Of a stretch of DNA of 64,000 nucleotides, positions 29,544-40,420 are shown in pieces (positions within the stretch are counted from its first letter, which is position 1; every line of letters begins with the position of its first letter). The stretch comes from Desulfomicrobium sp. GTDB taxonomy: Bacteria > Desulfobacterota > Desulfovibrionia > Desulfovibrionales > Desulfomicrobiaceae. Location of the stretch: the NCBI GenBank assembly GCA_040768745.1, contig JAXGMI010000001.1, positions 1,472,001-1,536,000 on the forward strand. Direction: 5' to 3'. The position numbers were made by a program, and so were the translations under genes. The notes beneath the pieces are model-generated. The model had not been told where the DNA came from, did no database searches, and saw only the letters and a list, made by a program, of their open reading frames with translations.

Positions 29544-30667
29544 TTCGCTTCTCCCAAGGTGGACAGGATGATCCTGGCGGCGCGCCTGGCGGCGTGACCC
29601 CCGCCAAGGAGGCCTGGCAGGGAGGCCAGTCTGGTCAGGACATCCGTCCTGGACCGGCTATCGGGAATCCATTGCGCAAGACGTGCGGCAATGGCCCAAG
29701 GTGTGGCCTCCTGCTGCAGGAATTCAGGGAAAACTTCTGTGCCAAGAATCAAATTGGGCAGGGAAATGAAGGGCACCCGCACAAGGGCCCTGCCCAGGGC
29801 ATAGGTCAACCTCGAGAATTTATAGGCAACGACTGTGGGCACTCCAAGGAGGGCCGTTTCCAAGGTGGCAGTTCCCGAAGCGGCCATGATGGCCCGGCAA
29901 GACCGCATGGTGGCGTACCGCGTGTCGCTGTCGGTCAGGGCAATGGGCTGTCTGGCGGTCCAGAAGCGGGCAATGAGCTGTGGATCCATGCCCGGCGCCA
30001 CAGGCAGGACGAATTCAAGATCCGGGCAGCTCGTGGCCAGCAGGTCGGCTGCACGGGAGAAGACGGGCAAGAGGGCCGCGATCTCGCGCTCTCTGCTCCC
30101 TGGAAGGATGCCGACGCGCCGGGGTTGATCTGCCACTGCCAGGATTTCAGGACGACGGACAGAATCCAGCAGGGGGTGCCCCACATAGTCGACATGCATC
30201 CCGTGACGGGCGTAGAAGTCCACCTCAAAGGGCAGGATGGAGATGAGGCGGTCCACATGGCGAGAGATGAAGCGGGTCCTCCCTGCACGCCAAGCCCAAA
30301 GTTTGGGACTGATGTAATAGATGACAGGTATGCCGAGATTGCGTGCAGTGCGGGCCACGCGGAAGTGAAAATCCGGGGCGTCGATGACCACAACCACGTC
30401 GGGCCGTGTTTCCATCAGGTTTATCTTCAGGGTATGTAAAAGGCGCAGAATTTTTGGAAGCTGGACAAGGACCTCAGTGATGCCCATGACCGAGAGATGT
30501 TCTGTTTCAAGCTTTGCCTCAACGCCTTCGGCGCGCATGGCCGGCCCGGCCATGCCGAGAAAACGGGCGTCGGGACACTGTTCTCGCAAGGCCTGGACCA
30601 GGAGCTGGCCGTGCAGATCCCCCGAGGTTTCTCCGGCGTTGATCCAGATGGTGGGCGTGTTCATCAT
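29528..30667 (-). CDS. lpxB: Lipid-A-disaccharide synthase
   Basis: AGETSGDLHG, IDAPDF, SPKLWAWR, ILPFE, YVGHPL, LPGSR, SGTATLE, SLPNLI. Confidence 0.96.
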   Translation of the reverse strand: MMNTPTIWINAGETSGDLHGQLLVQALREQCPDARFLGMAGPAMRAEGVEAKLETEHLSVMGITEVLVQLPKILRLLHTLKINLMETRPDVVVVIDAPDFHFRVARTARNLGIPVIYYISPKLWAWRAGRTRFISRHVDRLISILPFEVDFYARHGMHVDYVGHPLLDSVRRPEILAVADQPRRVGILPGSREREIAALLPVFSRAADLLATSCPDLEFVLPVAPGMDPQLIARFWTARQPIALTDSDTRYATMRSCRAIMAASGTATLETALLGVPTVVAYKFSRLTYALGRALVRVPFISLPNLILGTEVFPEFLQQEATPWAIAARLAQWIPDSRSRTDVLTRLASLPGLLGGGHAARRAARIILSTLGEAKCPVI

Positions 30668-30750
30668 GGGGAGCCAATAGTCCCTTGGCGGATAAATAAC
30701 AAGACATCTAACCCCTTGCTATGCATGGATCTTTGGCATAGGGCAGGTCC

Positions 30751-31140
30751 ATGCGCAGCACCATTTCCCGACGTTTGCACACTTCGATCTGGGGTGTCTA
30801 TCTTGCCGCCCTGGTCATTTTTTCCCTGCTCCCGTCGTTCGCCCCTCCGGGGCCTGCAAACAGCGACAAATTCATGCATCTTGCCGCATACTTGATTCTG
30901 ACATGTCTGTGGCCTGAATTCATTCTTCAGTCCCCCAGTACAAGGTTTCTGGCCGCTGCGGGCCTGGGGGCTGTTCTGGAATGCGGGCAGGGGATCCTTC
31001 CCACAGGGCGGTACGCAGAGGTTTGGGACGCTGTGGCCAATGCAGCGGGCGCAGGAATCGGCCTCCTTGTTCAGCGCGCCGTTTGGGGCGCAAAAGATGG
31101 GGCGCGTAGCCGGAAGGCGTCCGGCGGGGGGAGGGCATGA
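30751..31140 (+). CDS. VanZ-family membrane protein
   Basis: DKFMHLAAY, E..Q..LP.GR....DAVANAAG. Confidence 0.8.
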   Translation: MRSTISRRLHTSIWGVYLAALVIFSLLPSFAPPGPANSDKFMHLAAYLILTCLWPEFILQSPSTRFLAAAGLGAVLECGQGILPTGRYAEVWDAVANAAGAGIGLLVQRAVWGAKDGARSRKASGGGRA

Positions 31141-32087
31141 GCCCGGTCGAGATCTGGACCCAGATTCTGTACCCCCTTCTGAAGCTGGTGGTCTTTGTCT
31201 CTGTGGGACTTTTTGTCGGAAATCTGATCGAGGCCCTGCAATGGACCCGCTTTGTGGCCAGGCTGGCCCAGCCCCTGGCCCGCATCGGTCGGTTGTGCGA
31301 CATTTCGGCGGCCAGTTTTTCAGTGGCCTTCTTTTCCGGGATCACGGCCAACGCCATGCTCGCCGAAGCCTATGACAAGGGCCAGCTCAGCCGGCGGGAA
31401 CTGATCCTGTCCAACCTTTTCAACAGCGTGCCAACCTATTTTTTACACCTGCCGAGCATGGTCTTCATCACCGCCCCCATTCTCAAATCGGCCGCCTTTG
31501 TCTATCTGGGCATCACCGTCGGGTCGGCGGTGCTGAGGACCTTGAGCATCCTGATTCTGGGCCGTTTGATGCTGCGAGGCATGGACCGCTGTTTTGAGAC
31601 CCCCATGCCGACCAGTGAGCAGGCGTCATGGCGACAGGTGCTGGACAAAACCTGGAGGCGTTTTCGGCGGCGGATCAAGAAGATCGTCCTCATCACCGTG
31701 CCCATCTACATCGGGATGCATATCCTGCAGCGGGCCGGCATGTTCGCGGCCATGGAACAGTTCATGGCCAGCCACATGTCCGGTCTGCCCTGGCTCCACC
31801 CTCAGTCCATGGGCATCATCGCCTTTCAATTGGCGGCGGAGTTTTCGGCCGGCATGGCCGCGGCCGGCGCCCTCCTGGACTCGGGATCCATGTCCGTGCG
31901 GGACGTGGTCATAGCCCTGGTCGTGGGCAATGTGCTGTCCTCTCCCATGCGCGCCTTCCGACATCAGTTTCCGTACTACGCAGGCATCTACAGGCCGGTC
32001 CTGGCATTTGAACTTATTGTCTGCAGCCAGGGTTTCCGGGTAGCCAGCCTGATCGCCTGCGCTGCAGTGTATGTCTGTTGGGCGTGA
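31137..32087 (+). CDS. Nucleoside-recognition (Gate) domain membrane protein
   Basis: Multiple TM helices; LAQPLARIGRL, FFSG..ANAML, duplicated gate-like halves; ATGA overlap with the vanZ-like gene. Confidence 0.7.
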   Translation: MSPVEIWTQILYPLLKLVVFVSVGLFVGNLIEALQWTRFVARLAQPLARIGRLCDISAASFSVAFFSGITANAMLAEAYDKGQLSRRELILSNLFNSVPTYFLHLPSMVFITAPILKSAAFVYLGITVGSAVLRTLSILILGRLMLRGMDRCFETPMPTSEQASWRQVLDKTWRRFRRRIKKIVLITVPIYIGMHILQRAGMFAAMEQFMASHMSGLPWLHPQSMGIIAFQLAAEFSAGMAAAGALLDSGSMSVRDVVIALVVGNVLSSPMRAFRHQFPYYAGIYRPVLAFELIVCSQGFRVASLIACAAVYVCWA

Positions 32088-32089
32088 AC

Positions 32090-32119
32090 AAAAAAATCCC
32101 CGCTCGAAGGCGGGGATTC
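32090..32119 (-). terminator. pnp terminator
   Basis: Minus strand AATCCCCGC-CTTCGA-GCGGGGATT followed by TTTTT. Confidence 0.8.
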
Positions 32120-32123
32120 AGGG

Positions 32124-34358
32124 TTAGCGGTCCCGGTCTCGGCGTGGGCCCCCACGGCGGTCACCTCCGCGATCACCACCTCGGCGGTCACCCCTGTTGT
32201 CACCTCGCGGACGGTCTCCGCGCGGGGCGCGGGGCTGCTCCGGCTCCGGCTCTTCGCCCAGCTCCTCCAAAATGATGGCCTTGCGGCTCAGTTTGATGCG
32301 GCCCGACGGTTCGATGTCGATGACCCGCACCCGGATGGCGTCACCTTCCTGGACTATGTCCTGTACGGTGTTGACCCGTTCCCGGGCCAGCTGGGAGATG
32401 TGGCACAGTCCCTCCAGACCGGGCAGGATTTCGATGAACGCTCCGAAGTCCATGATTTTTTTGACGATACCGTCATAGTCCTTGTTCAGTTCCGCTTTCT
32501 GGTCGTAATAGAGGACCATTTCCCTGGCCTTGGCCAGGGACGCCTGATCCGGTGCAAAAAGGGAGATCTTGCCCGAGTCGTCAATGTCAATGTCTGCCTG
32601 GGTGGCTTCGCAGATGGCCTTGATGTTCTTGCCGCCAGGTCCGATGACTTCACGGATTTTGTCCGGAGAGATGTGCACCACGTCCATCTGGGGGGCAAAC
32701 TGGGACAGTTCGCGGCGCGGTGTGGCGATGACCGTCTCCATCTGGTCGAGGATGTGCACCCGGGCGGCCTTGGCCTGGTGCAGGGCCTTTTTCATGACTT
32801 CTGCCGGGATGCCGGCGATCTTGATGTCCATCTGGATGGACGTTACGCCGTCGCGGCTGCCGGCGACCTTGAAGTCCATGTCGCCCAGGTGGTCTTCGTC
32901 GCCGAGGATGTCGGTCAGGACCAGGTATTCATCCCCTTCCTTGATGAGCCCCATGGCAATACCGGCGACAGGCGTTTTGATGGGCACGCCTGCATCCATC
33001 AGGGCCAGGGTGCCTCCGCAGACCGAGGCCATGGACGAGGACCCGTTGGATTCCATGATGTCGGACACGATGCGGATGGTGAAAGGAAACCCCTCGGGAG
33101 TTGGCAGGACCGGTGCCAAGGCCCTTTCGGACAAGGCGCCGTGGCCAACCTCGCGGCGGGAAGGGGCGCGCAGAGGCCGAGCCTCGCCCACACTGTAGGG
33201 CGGGAAGTTGTAGTGCATAAGGAAACGTCTGGAAATCTCGCCGGCCAGGGTTTCCACACGCTGTTCGTCACGGGTGCTGCCCAGGGTACAGGTGCACAGG
33301 GCCTTGGTCTCCCCGCGGGTGAAAATGGCCGAGCCGTGGGTGCGCGGCAGAATCCCCACTTCCATGGTCAGGGGACGCACCGTGGTCAGGTCGCGGCCGT
33401 CGATGCGGCGTTTGTCCGCCATGATGCGCTGGCGGACCAGCTTCTTCTCCAGGTGTTCCAGGGTTTCGGCGACGTTCCTGAGGCGTTCAGGACTATCGCC
33501 AAAGCGCGACAGGAGGGCTTCCATGAGATCCTGCCGGACTTTCTTCTTGGCATCCTTGCGGTCCATCTTGCCTGGAACGGTCAGGGCCTTCTGCAGGGGG
33601 TCTGCAGCCAGTTCGGACACGGCGTTGATCAGTTCCGCATCTTCCGGAGGAGTGGCAACAGTGAATTTTTCTTTTCCAAGCAGCCCGCGCAGCTCCTCCT
33701 GGGCGTCCAGGATGGGCAGGAGCTGGGCATGGCCCCAGGCTACGGCCTCGGCCATGACATCTTCGGACAGAAACTGGGCCCCGCCTTCGACCATGACCAC
33801 CGCATCACGCGTGCCCGCCAGGACCATGTTCAGTTCGCTGGTGGCCAGTTGCGACGCGGACGGGTTGAGCAGAAACTGGCCGTCCTTGTAGCCTACGCGG
33901 ATGGCAGCGACAGGTCCGGCAAAGGGAATGTCGGAAATGTGCAGGGCCGTGGAGGCCCCGATCATGGCCAGGATGTCTGGGGCATGTTCCTTGTCCGAGG
34001 AGACGACCGTGGCGATGACCTGGATCTCGTGTGAACACCCCTTGGGGAAGAGAGGTCTGATGGGACGGTCGATGAGCCGGGAAGTCAGGGTTTCGTGGTC
34101 GCTGGGCCGGCCCACTTCGCGGCGGAAATAGCTGCCCGGAATGCGGCCTGCAGCATAGAGCATTTCTTGATAGTTGCAGGTCAGAGGGAGGAAGTCCACT
34201 TCGCGGTCCATGGCCTGATGGGTGGCCGTGACCAGGACGATGGTGTCCCCCCACTGCACGGTCACTGCGCCACTGGCCTGCAGGGCAAGTTTGCCGTGTT
34301 CGATGACGATTTGCGAATCGCCCATGGGGATGCTGCGGCGGGTAAGTTGGAATGCCAT
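32124..34358 (-). CDS. pnp: Polyribonucleotide nucleotidyltransferase (PNPase)
   Basis: SRLIDRPIRPLF, SNGSSSMASVC, TDILGDEDHLGDMDFKVAG, KH and S1 domains. Confidence 0.98.
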   Translation of the reverse strand: MAFQLTRRSIPMGDSQIVIEHGKLALQASGAVTVQWGDTIVLVTATHQAMDREVDFLPLTCNYQEMLYAAGRIPGSYFRREVGRPSDHETLTSRLIDRPIRPLFPKGCSHEIQVIATVVSSDKEHAPDILAMIGASTALHISDIPFAGPVAAIRVGYKDGQFLLNPSASQLATSELNMVLAGTRDAVVMVEGGAQFLSEDVMAEAVAWGHAQLLPILDAQEELRGLLGKEKFTVATPPEDAELINAVSELAADPLQKALTVPGKMDRKDAKKKVRQDLMEALLSRFGDSPERLRNVAETLEHLEKKLVRQRIMADKRRIDGRDLTTVRPLTMEVGILPRTHGSAIFTRGETKALCTCTLGSTRDEQRVETLAGEISRRFLMHYNFPPYSVGEARPLRAPSRREVGHGALSERALAPVLPTPEGFPFTIRIVSDIMESNGSSSMASVCGGTLALMDAGVPIKTPVAGIAMGLIKEGDEYLVLTDILGDEDHLGDMDFKVAGSRDGVTSIQMDIKIAGIPAEVMKKALHQAKAARVHILDQMETVIATPRRELSQFAPQMDVVHISPDKIREVIGPGGKNIKAICEATQADIDIDDSGKISLFAPDQASLAKAREMVLYYDQKAELNKDYDGIVKKIMDFGAFIEILPGLEGLCHISQLARERVNTVQDIVQEGDAIRVRVIDIEPSGRIKLSRKAIILEELGEEPEPEQPRAPRGDRPRGDNRGDRRGGDRGGDRRGGPRRDRDR

Positions 34359-34379
34359 GATGAGCCTCATGTTGGTTGG

Positions 34380-34486
34380 GCACTCCGTGCATGGCAGCTG
34401 CGGCGGGTTTGGTGTTTAGTGCATGGTTCAACAGCGGTTGGGCCATGCACTAAACACAAAACCGCGAGTAGTGCTGCCGGGAGTGC
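34380..34486 (-). promoter_or_regulatory. Long pnp leader stem-loop (candidate RNase III site)
   Basis: GTGTTTAGTGCATGG (34412-26) pairs with CCATGCACTAAACAC (34443-57); extended by GGCAGC/GCTGCC and GCACTCC/GGAGTGC. Confidence 0.7.
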
Positions 34487-34494
34487 GGTTGGTG

Positions 34495-34524
34495 AAAAAG
34501 CAGGCGGGACCGTGGTCCCGCCTT
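34495..34524 (-). terminator. rpsO terminator
   Basis: Minus strand AGGCGGGAC-CACG-GTCCCGCCT-GCTTTTT. Confidence 0.7.
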
Positions 34525-34530
34525 GGGTGC

Positions 34531-34806
34531 CTACTTGCGCAGACCGAGTTTCGCGATCAGATCGCGGTAGCGCTGAATATCCTTGTGCCGCAGATAGTTC
34601 AGAAGCTGTCTCCGCTTGCCGACCAGCTTCAGAAGGCCTGTGCGGGAATGGAAATCCTTCTGATGACCCTTGAAATGGTCGGTCAGATAGTCGATCCGCG
34701 CGGACAAGAGAGCCACCTGGACTTCAGGGGATCCCGTGTCCGTTTCGGTCTTTCCATATTCCTTGATGAGTTCAGCCTTGCGTTCAGGGGTTAAGACCAC
34801 AGCCAT
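34531..34806 (-). CDS. rpsO: 30S ribosomal protein S15
   Basis: [27 protein letters not shown]. Confidence 0.97.
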   Translation of the reverse strand: MAVVLTPERKAELIKEYGKTETDTGSPEVQVALLSARIDYLTDHFKGHQKDFHSRTGLLKLVGKRRQLLNYLRHKDIQRYRDLIAKLGLRK

Positions 34807-34859
34807 ATCCTCCGGTTTAATGTTTCTTCCGCCTGACTCTTGCCTCTTCGAACCGGAAT

Positions 34860-35783
34860 CTAGGCCTGCCAGAGCCCGCGCAGGATGGTCCAAGCCGGCC
34901 CTTGCCCCCTCGTCCGCACCTCCGCCAAGGCCAGGGGTTCCCTGGCCGGGGTGAGCAGCAGAGCCCGGTCTCCTGTCTGGGCCGGATAGTCCGGGAACGA
35001 CCCAACCGGGAGCCAAGCCCCGTTCCGGACCAGCTCAGCCTGCTCCTGGGAGAGGGCCAGCTTGGGCCAGTGCGGCAGGGCTTCGTCCATAGTCAGGACC
35101 AGTTCCTGGAGCCGTTCCCCACGGGACAGAACCGTGTCCAAGCTGTGGGCCTGATCGAGGGTAAACGGGTGGCTTGCTTCTCGTTCCAGTTCGCCGAGCA
35201 CCGCCCCGCACCCAAGTCGCTTCCCCAGGCTGTGGGCCAGGGAGCGGATATAGGTTCCTGCGGAGCAGGTGACTCGAAAAGTGACGCGCGGCAGATCCAA
35301 AGCCAGGACCTGGGCATCGAAAATTGTTACTTCCTTGACCTTGACCGGAACGTCTTTGCCCTCCCGGTGCAACGCATAGAGCGGCTTGCCATGATGTTTT
35401 GCCGCTGAGACAGGAGGGACCTCCTGACGCATCGCTCCCACCCAGGACAGGATTTCCGCCTGGACACCATCAGCAGGGATGTTTTTCCAGGAAGCCTCAG
35501 ACAGCACGGTTCCCTGCACGTCGTAGGTGTCAGTTGTCTGTCCCAGGATGAGGGTTCCGCGATAGGTCTTGCGGTCTTCGCTGAGGTATCCTGCCAGTTT
35601 GGTGGCCTGTCCGAGAAGAACCACCAGTACCCCTGTGGCCATGGGGTCCAGTGTGCCGGCATGTCCGATTTTTTTCTGACCCAGCTGCCGTTTGATCCGG
35701 TTCAGGCAATCCGTGGAGGTCGGACCTCCCGGTTTATGTAAAATCAGGACGCCGTCAAGCTGTGCGATTGGAGGATGACTCAC
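34860..35783 (-). CDS. truB: tRNA pseudouridine(55) synthase
   Basis: [24 protein letters not shown]. Confidence 0.96.
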   Translation of the reverse strand: MSHPPIAQLDGVLILHKPGGPTSTDCLNRIKRQLGQKKIGHAGTLDPMATGVLVVLLGQATKLAGYLSEDRKTYRGTLILGQTTDTYDVQGTVLSEASWKNIPADGVQAEILSWVGAMRQEVPPVSAAKHHGKPLYALHREGKDVPVKVKEVTIFDAQVLALDLPRVTFRVTCSAGTYIRSLAHSLGKRLGCGAVLGELEREASHPFTLDQAHSLDTVLSRGERLQELVLTMDEALPHWPKLALSQEQAELVRNGAWLPVGSFPDYPAQTGDRALLLTPAREPLALAEVRTRGQGPAWTILRGLWQA

Positions 35784-36745
35784 GAAACAGCCAGTGCCTC
35801 AATCACGGCGTCGAGGATGACCCGCTTGGCAGCATCCATGTCCAGAAACAGGTGCCCACCGGCTGCGTTGCGGTGGCCGCCGCCTCCGAAACGGGCTGCC
35901 ACGGCCTGCACGTTGACGCTGCCCTTGGAGCGCAGGGAAAACTTGATCCGGTCCTCTTCCTCACGCAAACTGATGGCCACCTGCACCCCGCGTACATAGA
36001 GGACAGTATTGACCAGGCCTTCAGTATCATCTGGGCCGGTACCGGTCTGTTCGAAAATTTCCCGGGTGAAGGCGATGAGGGTGATCCGTCCCTGGGCATG
36101 GAGCCTGGCCTGCTGCAGTACAGTCCCACGCATCTGCAACTGGTTCAGAGTGCCTGTGGATTGCTTCTGCTCGTGGAAGGGGCCGGGCAGAAGACCCAGG
36201 CGCAGGATCTCTGCCGCCATTTCCAGTGTTTCCGGCCGGGTGTTGTTGAAACAGAAATCCCCGGTGTCGGAAATCAGGGCCAGGTAGATGTATTCACCCA
36301 ACAGTCCTGCCAGCGGAACACCCAGTTCGCGGGCCAGGACGCCGACCATCTCACCAACCGAGGACGTACGCTGCTCCACCCAGTTCATAGTCCCGAAATG
36401 GGGATTGCCCAGATGGTGGTCGATGTTCACGACCGTCTTGGAGTCCAGCCAGGGGGCCATGCGCGCACCGGCGCGCTCTGGGGCGCCACAGTCGAGCACG
36501 ATGATGGTTGCCGGTTCGTCAGCAGGAAGTTCCCGCAGAATGTCCCATTCGGGCTTCAGCCACATGAAACGTTGCGGGATGCCGGATTCATTGAAAAGCC
36601 GTACGTGTTTGTCGAGAGCACGCAGCAATTCCCCCATGGCCAGCATGGAGCCCAGGGCATCCCCGTCCGGTGCGACGTGGGATACGACCAGAAAATTGTC
36701 CGATGCCCGGAGGTGGTCAACGATCTGTTGCGGGGGGAGCATCAT
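35780..36745 (-). CDS. DHH/DHHA1 phosphoesterase (NrnA-like)
   Basis: SHVAPDGDALGS, NIDHH, SDTG, SLRSK, GGGGHRNAAG. Confidence 0.92.
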   Translation of the reverse strand: MMLPPQQIVDHLRASDNFLVVSHVAPDGDALGSMLAMGELLRALDKHVRLFNESGIPQRFMWLKPEWDILRELPADEPATIIVLDCGAPERAGARMAPWLDSKTVVNIDHHLGNPHFGTMNWVEQRTSSVGEMVGVLARELGVPLAGLLGEYIYLALISDTGDFCFNNTRPETLEMAAEILRLGLLPGPFHEQKQSTGTLNQLQMRGTVLQQARLHAQGRITLIAFTREIFEQTGTGPDDTEGLVNTVLYVRGVQVAISLREEEDRIKFSLRSKGSVNVQAVAARFGGGGHRNAAGGHLFLDMDAAKRVILDAVIEALAVS

Positions 36746-37061
36746 AGACCATGTCCTCGAGAAACGCGTCCCATTTGAAGCGCAGATCCGGAACACTGCG
36801 CAGTTTGAGCTCCCTGCTCAGACGGGTGCGCAGGAAGCCCTTGGCCCGGTTCAGGGCTTTTTCGATTTCAGCCTCGGCACTGCGGCCCCGGATATTGGTG
36901 AAGAGAACCTCCGCAATGCTGAAATCCCGGTTCAAACGCACGCCAGTGATGGTGGTCAGCTCCAGGACAGGATCTTCGACTTCCTGCACCAGGAGCATGG
37001 CCAGGACGTGCATGATTTGGTCCCCCATCTGGACCGCTCGGCGACTCGTGCTTCGTTGCAT
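36717..37061 (-). CDS. rbfA: Ribosome-binding factor A
   Basis: DPVLELTTIT.V.LNRD, AKGFLR, LRSVPDLRF.WD; position in the operon. Confidence 0.93.
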   Translation of the reverse strand: MQRSTSRRAVQMGDQIMHVLAMLLVQEVEDPVLELTTITGVRLNRDFSIAEVLFTNIRGRSAEAEIEKALNRAKGFLRTRLSRELKLRSVPDLRFKWDAFLEDMVYDAPPATDR

Positions 37062-37069
37062 TGGAAATC

Positions 37070-37357
37070 TCAGGCTCCAAATACGTCCATGTCGGCATGA
37101 ACGAGTTCATCGTCGGTGGCAGCCTCCACCATGGCCAAGACCTTGGACAGCAGGGTGTGCACGTGACTGGTTTCGTTGGATACTGTAACCACGCCGAGAA
37201 CCAGGGTCTGGTGTGCGTCCTGGGCCTCGGTTTCAGCCACGGCCACGTTGAAGGAATTGCGCAGCTTCTGCTTCAGGCTGTTGGCGCTTTTTCTTTTTTC
37301 CTTCAAGGAAAAAACGCCATGCAGCCTGAATTCAAGACGCAGAGTGCCGATGATCAT
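37070..37357 (-). CDS. DUF503 (YlxP-like) protein
   Basis: SLKEKR..LKQKLRNSFNVAVAE; lies between infB and rbfA. Confidence 0.88.
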   Translation of the reverse strand: MIIGTLRLEFRLHGVFSLKEKRKSANSLKQKLRNSFNVAVAETEAQDAHQTLVLGVVTVSNETSHVHTLLSKVLAMVEAATDDELVHADMDVFGA

Positions 37358-37371
37358 CGGTGCCCCCCGGC

Positions 37372-40173
37372 TTAGATGGTCCGGGCTTCCTCAACAAACT
37401 CGAAGGCTTCAATAATATCACCTATCTTGATATCATTGAAGTTTTCCAGAGCCGCGCCGCAGTCGTACCCTTTGGTCACTTCCTTGGCGTCGTCCTTGAA
37501 CCGCTTCAAGGAGCTGAGCTTGCCCGTGTAGATGACCACGCCGTTGCGCAGCAGGCGGATCCCGGCGTTGCGCTTCAGTTTTCCATCGCTGACCATGCAG
37601 CCGGCGATGGTGCCAACCTTGGGCACGCTGAAGATCTGCTGCACGTCGGCCTGGCCGAGATAGACCTCCCGGATATCCGGGGCGAGCATGCCGGACATGG
37701 CCGCCTTAATGTCGTCCACCAGCTTGTAGATGATGTCATAGAAGCGGATGTCGACTTTTTCCTGTTCGGCCACTTCCTTGATCTTGGCCGTGGGTCTTAT
37801 ATTGAATCCAATGATGATGGCGTTGGAGGCAGAGGCCAGCAAAATGTCGGACTCGGTGATCGCCCCTGCCCCACCATGGACCAGGGAGATCTTGACCTCG
37901 TCGGTGGACAGTTTGACCAGGGCCTCGGAAATGGCCTCCAGAGAACCCTGCACGTCGGCCTTCAGGAGCAGGTTCAATGTCTGGGCCTCTTCGCCGGCCT
38001 TGGAGGCCAGGAAGCTCTCCAGGGTGACTTTGGATTCCTTCGCCAACTCACGGTCGCGGTGCTTGATGCGGCGGTCTTCAGCGATCTTGCGGGCGACTTT
38101 TTCGTCCTTGACGATAACGAACTCGTCGCCGGCCTCGGGGATGGATTCGAAGCCCTGGATCTCAGCCGGAATGGCCGGACCGGCAGTCTTGATCTGGCGG
38201 CCCTGATCATCGAACATGGCCCGGACCTTGCCGCTGATAAGCCCGCAGACAAAGGCATCCCCCTGATTGATGTGGCCCTCCTGGATGAGGACGGTGCCCA
38301 CCGGGCCGCGGCCCTTGTCCAGCTTGGCCTCGACCACGTGTCCACGGCCGGGCTTGTCAGGGTTGGCCTTCAGGTCAAGCACTTCGGCCTGCAGGAGGAT
38401 GAGTTCCAGAAGCTCATCCAGCCCCTGCCGTTTCTTGGCCGAAACGTGGGCATAGATGGTTTCCCCGCCCCATTCCTCGGGCATGAGTCCCAGATCGGAC
38501 AGCTCACGCTTGACCCGGTCCGGATCCGCGCCATCCTTGTCCATCTTGTTCACGGCTACGACTATGGGCACTCCCGCGGCCTTGGAGTGGCTCACGGCCT
38601 CGCGGGTCTGCTCCATGACGCCGTCGTCAGCAGCCACGACCAGGACGACAATGTCCGTGACCTTGGCCCCGCGGGCGCGCATGGTGGTGAACGCTTCATG
38701 GCCAGGCGTGTCCAGGAAGACGACCTCCCCCCTGGTGGTGGCCACATGGTAGGCGCCGATGTGCTGGGTGATCCCGCCCGCTTCGCCTGTGGCCACGCTC
38801 GTGCGTCTGATGGCGTCCAGCAGCGAGGTCTTGCCGTGGTCGACGTGTCCCATGATGGTCACCACGGGCGGACGCGGCTTCAAGTCCTCTGCCTTGTCCG
38901 CCTCCTTGGGCAGCAAGAAGTCGCTTTCAGAGAATCCGACCTTTTCAACCTCGTACTGGAATTCAGATGCCAGGAGCAGGGCGGTGTCGAAATCCAGGGA
39001 CTGGTTGATGGTCGCCATGACGCCCATGGCGAAAAGCTTTTTGATCAGATCCTGGGCTTTGATACCCATCTGATGGGCCAGGTCGGTCAGCCTGATGGTG
39101 TCCTCGACCCGGATTTTGCGTTTGGAGGCCTTGATCGGCTGCGTGACCTGGGGCTGGACCCTTGCTCCGCCGGCCCTACGGGCTTCGGCCCGCTGGGCCT
39201 TCTTGCCCTTGCCCAGGGTGAATTCTTCCTTGCGGTACAGGTCCTCGGCATCTACGGTGCGGCGGCCTTTTTTCTTTTTACCGCGCTGGGCGTCCTTGGC
39301 GCCTTCGCTCTCGGGGGCCGGTCGAACAGCCCCGGCCTCAGCCGGTCCCATGGGACGTCCTGGCCCTGCTGGCCGTCCTGCCGGACCCGCGGGGCGGGGG
39401 ATTTGGCCCGCCGGACCAGTCGGGCGCCCTGCCGGACCCATGGGGCGAGAGAGCTGACCTGCAGGCCCCGCCGGCCGTCCGGCCGGTCCCATGGGTCTGG
39501 AGATCGCCTCGGGGCGGGTATCGGGAAATTCGACAATGGTCGGCCGGGAAATGATCTTGACCTGCACGGCTGGAGCAGCGGGTTTCGGTTTTTTGGCTTT
39601 CTTGCGCGCGCGTTTGTTGTCTTCGGCATCGGCGTCGGATTCGGCAGGGATATCCTCGGCAGCAATCTCCGCGGGCTCGTCCTGCGAGGGGGCTTCTCCG
39701 GACACGACCTCTTCGATCTCCTGGGGGGGAATTGCCTCTGCAACCGTTTCGGCGGGCGTCTCTTGAACAGGGGCTGGCTCGGAAACGACGCGGGCAGGGG
39801 CGATGACCACGGCACGCTGGGACTTGCGTTCCCGGGTCTTGGCAGTGGGGGTTGGTTCGGTCTGCGTTGCTTCGGCTTGCGAGGTGGCGGCAGCCTCTTC
39901 GGCTGCTTCGGGTGCGGGAACGTGTGCTTCTGCCGTCACAGGAGTCTTCTGCCGCTTGCGCACGATGACTCCCGACTGGGAGCGCGTTTCCGTGGCCTGG
40001 GGGGCCGCAGATCTGGTCCGATGATGGTTTTTGACCTGCTCGGCTTCCTCGTCCGTCAGACTACTCATGTGGCTTTTGGCCGGAATCTTGAGTTCCCGCA
40101 GTAATGTCATCAAATCTTTGCTGGAGATCTCAAGCTCAGTAGCCAGATCTCTCACGCGCAACCTAGTGGACAT
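37372..40173 (-). CDS. infB: Translation initiation factor IF-2
   Basis: [35 protein letters not shown]. Confidence 0.98.
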   Translation of the reverse strand: MSTRLRVRDLATELEISSKDLMTLLRELKIPAKSHMSSLTDEEAEQVKNHHRTRSAAPQATETRSQSGVIVRKRQKTPVTAEAHVPAPEAAEEAAATSQAEATQTEPTPTAKTRERKSQRAVVIAPARVVSEPAPVQETPAETVAEAIPPQEIEEVVSGEAPSQDEPAEIAAEDIPAESDADAEDNKRARKKAKKPKPAAPAVQVKIISRPTIVEFPDTRPEAISRPMGPAGRPAGPAGQLSRPMGPAGRPTGPAGQIPRPAGPAGRPAGPGRPMGPAEAGAVRPAPESEGAKDAQRGKKKKGRRTVDAEDLYRKEEFTLGKGKKAQRAEARRAGGARVQPQVTQPIKASKRKIRVEDTIRLTDLAHQMGIKAQDLIKKLFAMGVMATINQSLDFDTALLLASEFQYEVEKVGFSESDFLLPKEADKAEDLKPRPPVVTIMGHVDHGKTSLLDAIRRTSVATGEAGGITQHIGAYHVATTRGEVVFLDTPGHEAFTTMRARGAKVTDIVVLVVAADDGVMEQTREAVSHSKAAGVPIVVAVNKMDKDGADPDRVKRELSDLGLMPEEWGGETIYAHVSAKKRQGLDELLELILLQAEVLDLKANPDKPGRGHVVEAKLDKGRGPVGTVLIQEGHINQGDAFVCGLISGKVRAMFDDQGRQIKTAGPAIPAEIQGFESIPEAGDEFVIVKDEKVARKIAEDRRIKHRDRELAKESKVTLESFLASKAGEEAQTLNLLLKADVQGSLEAISEALVKLSTDEVKISLVHGGAGAITESDILLASASNAIIIGFNIRPTAKIKEVAEQEKVDIRFYDIIYKLVDDIKAAMSGMLAPDIREVYLGQADVQQIFSVPKVGTIAGCMVSDGKLKRNAGIRLLRNGVVIYTGKLSSLKRFKDDAKEVTKGYDCGAALENFNDIKIGDIIEAFEFVEEARTI

Positions 40174-40420
40174 GCCCAACCCCCTTGCATTTCTTCTGCC
40201 AGCCCTTGAATCGCTCGAATTTGTTCCGGCACGCCGCATCGCGGCACAAATAAAAACCCCGTCCCGTTCTTTTCCCGGTGCTGTCAGCGGTCAGTGTGAG
40301 CTCTCCGTGAACAGGGCAAGTAAACCTCTCCAGTTCGTCCTTGAAAAAACGCTGTCTGCAGATGACGCACATGCGTATCGGCCTGACCACCCCAGCTTTG
40401 GCATCGTCCGGGCTGGTCAT
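40163..40420 (-). CDS. YlxR/DUF448 family protein
   Basis: [16 protein letters not shown]...C. Confidence 0.88.
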   Translation of the reverse strand: MTSPDDAKAGVVRPIRMCVICRQRFFKDELERFTCPVHGELTLTADSTGKRTGRGFYLCRDAACRNKFERFKGWQKKCKGVGHVH

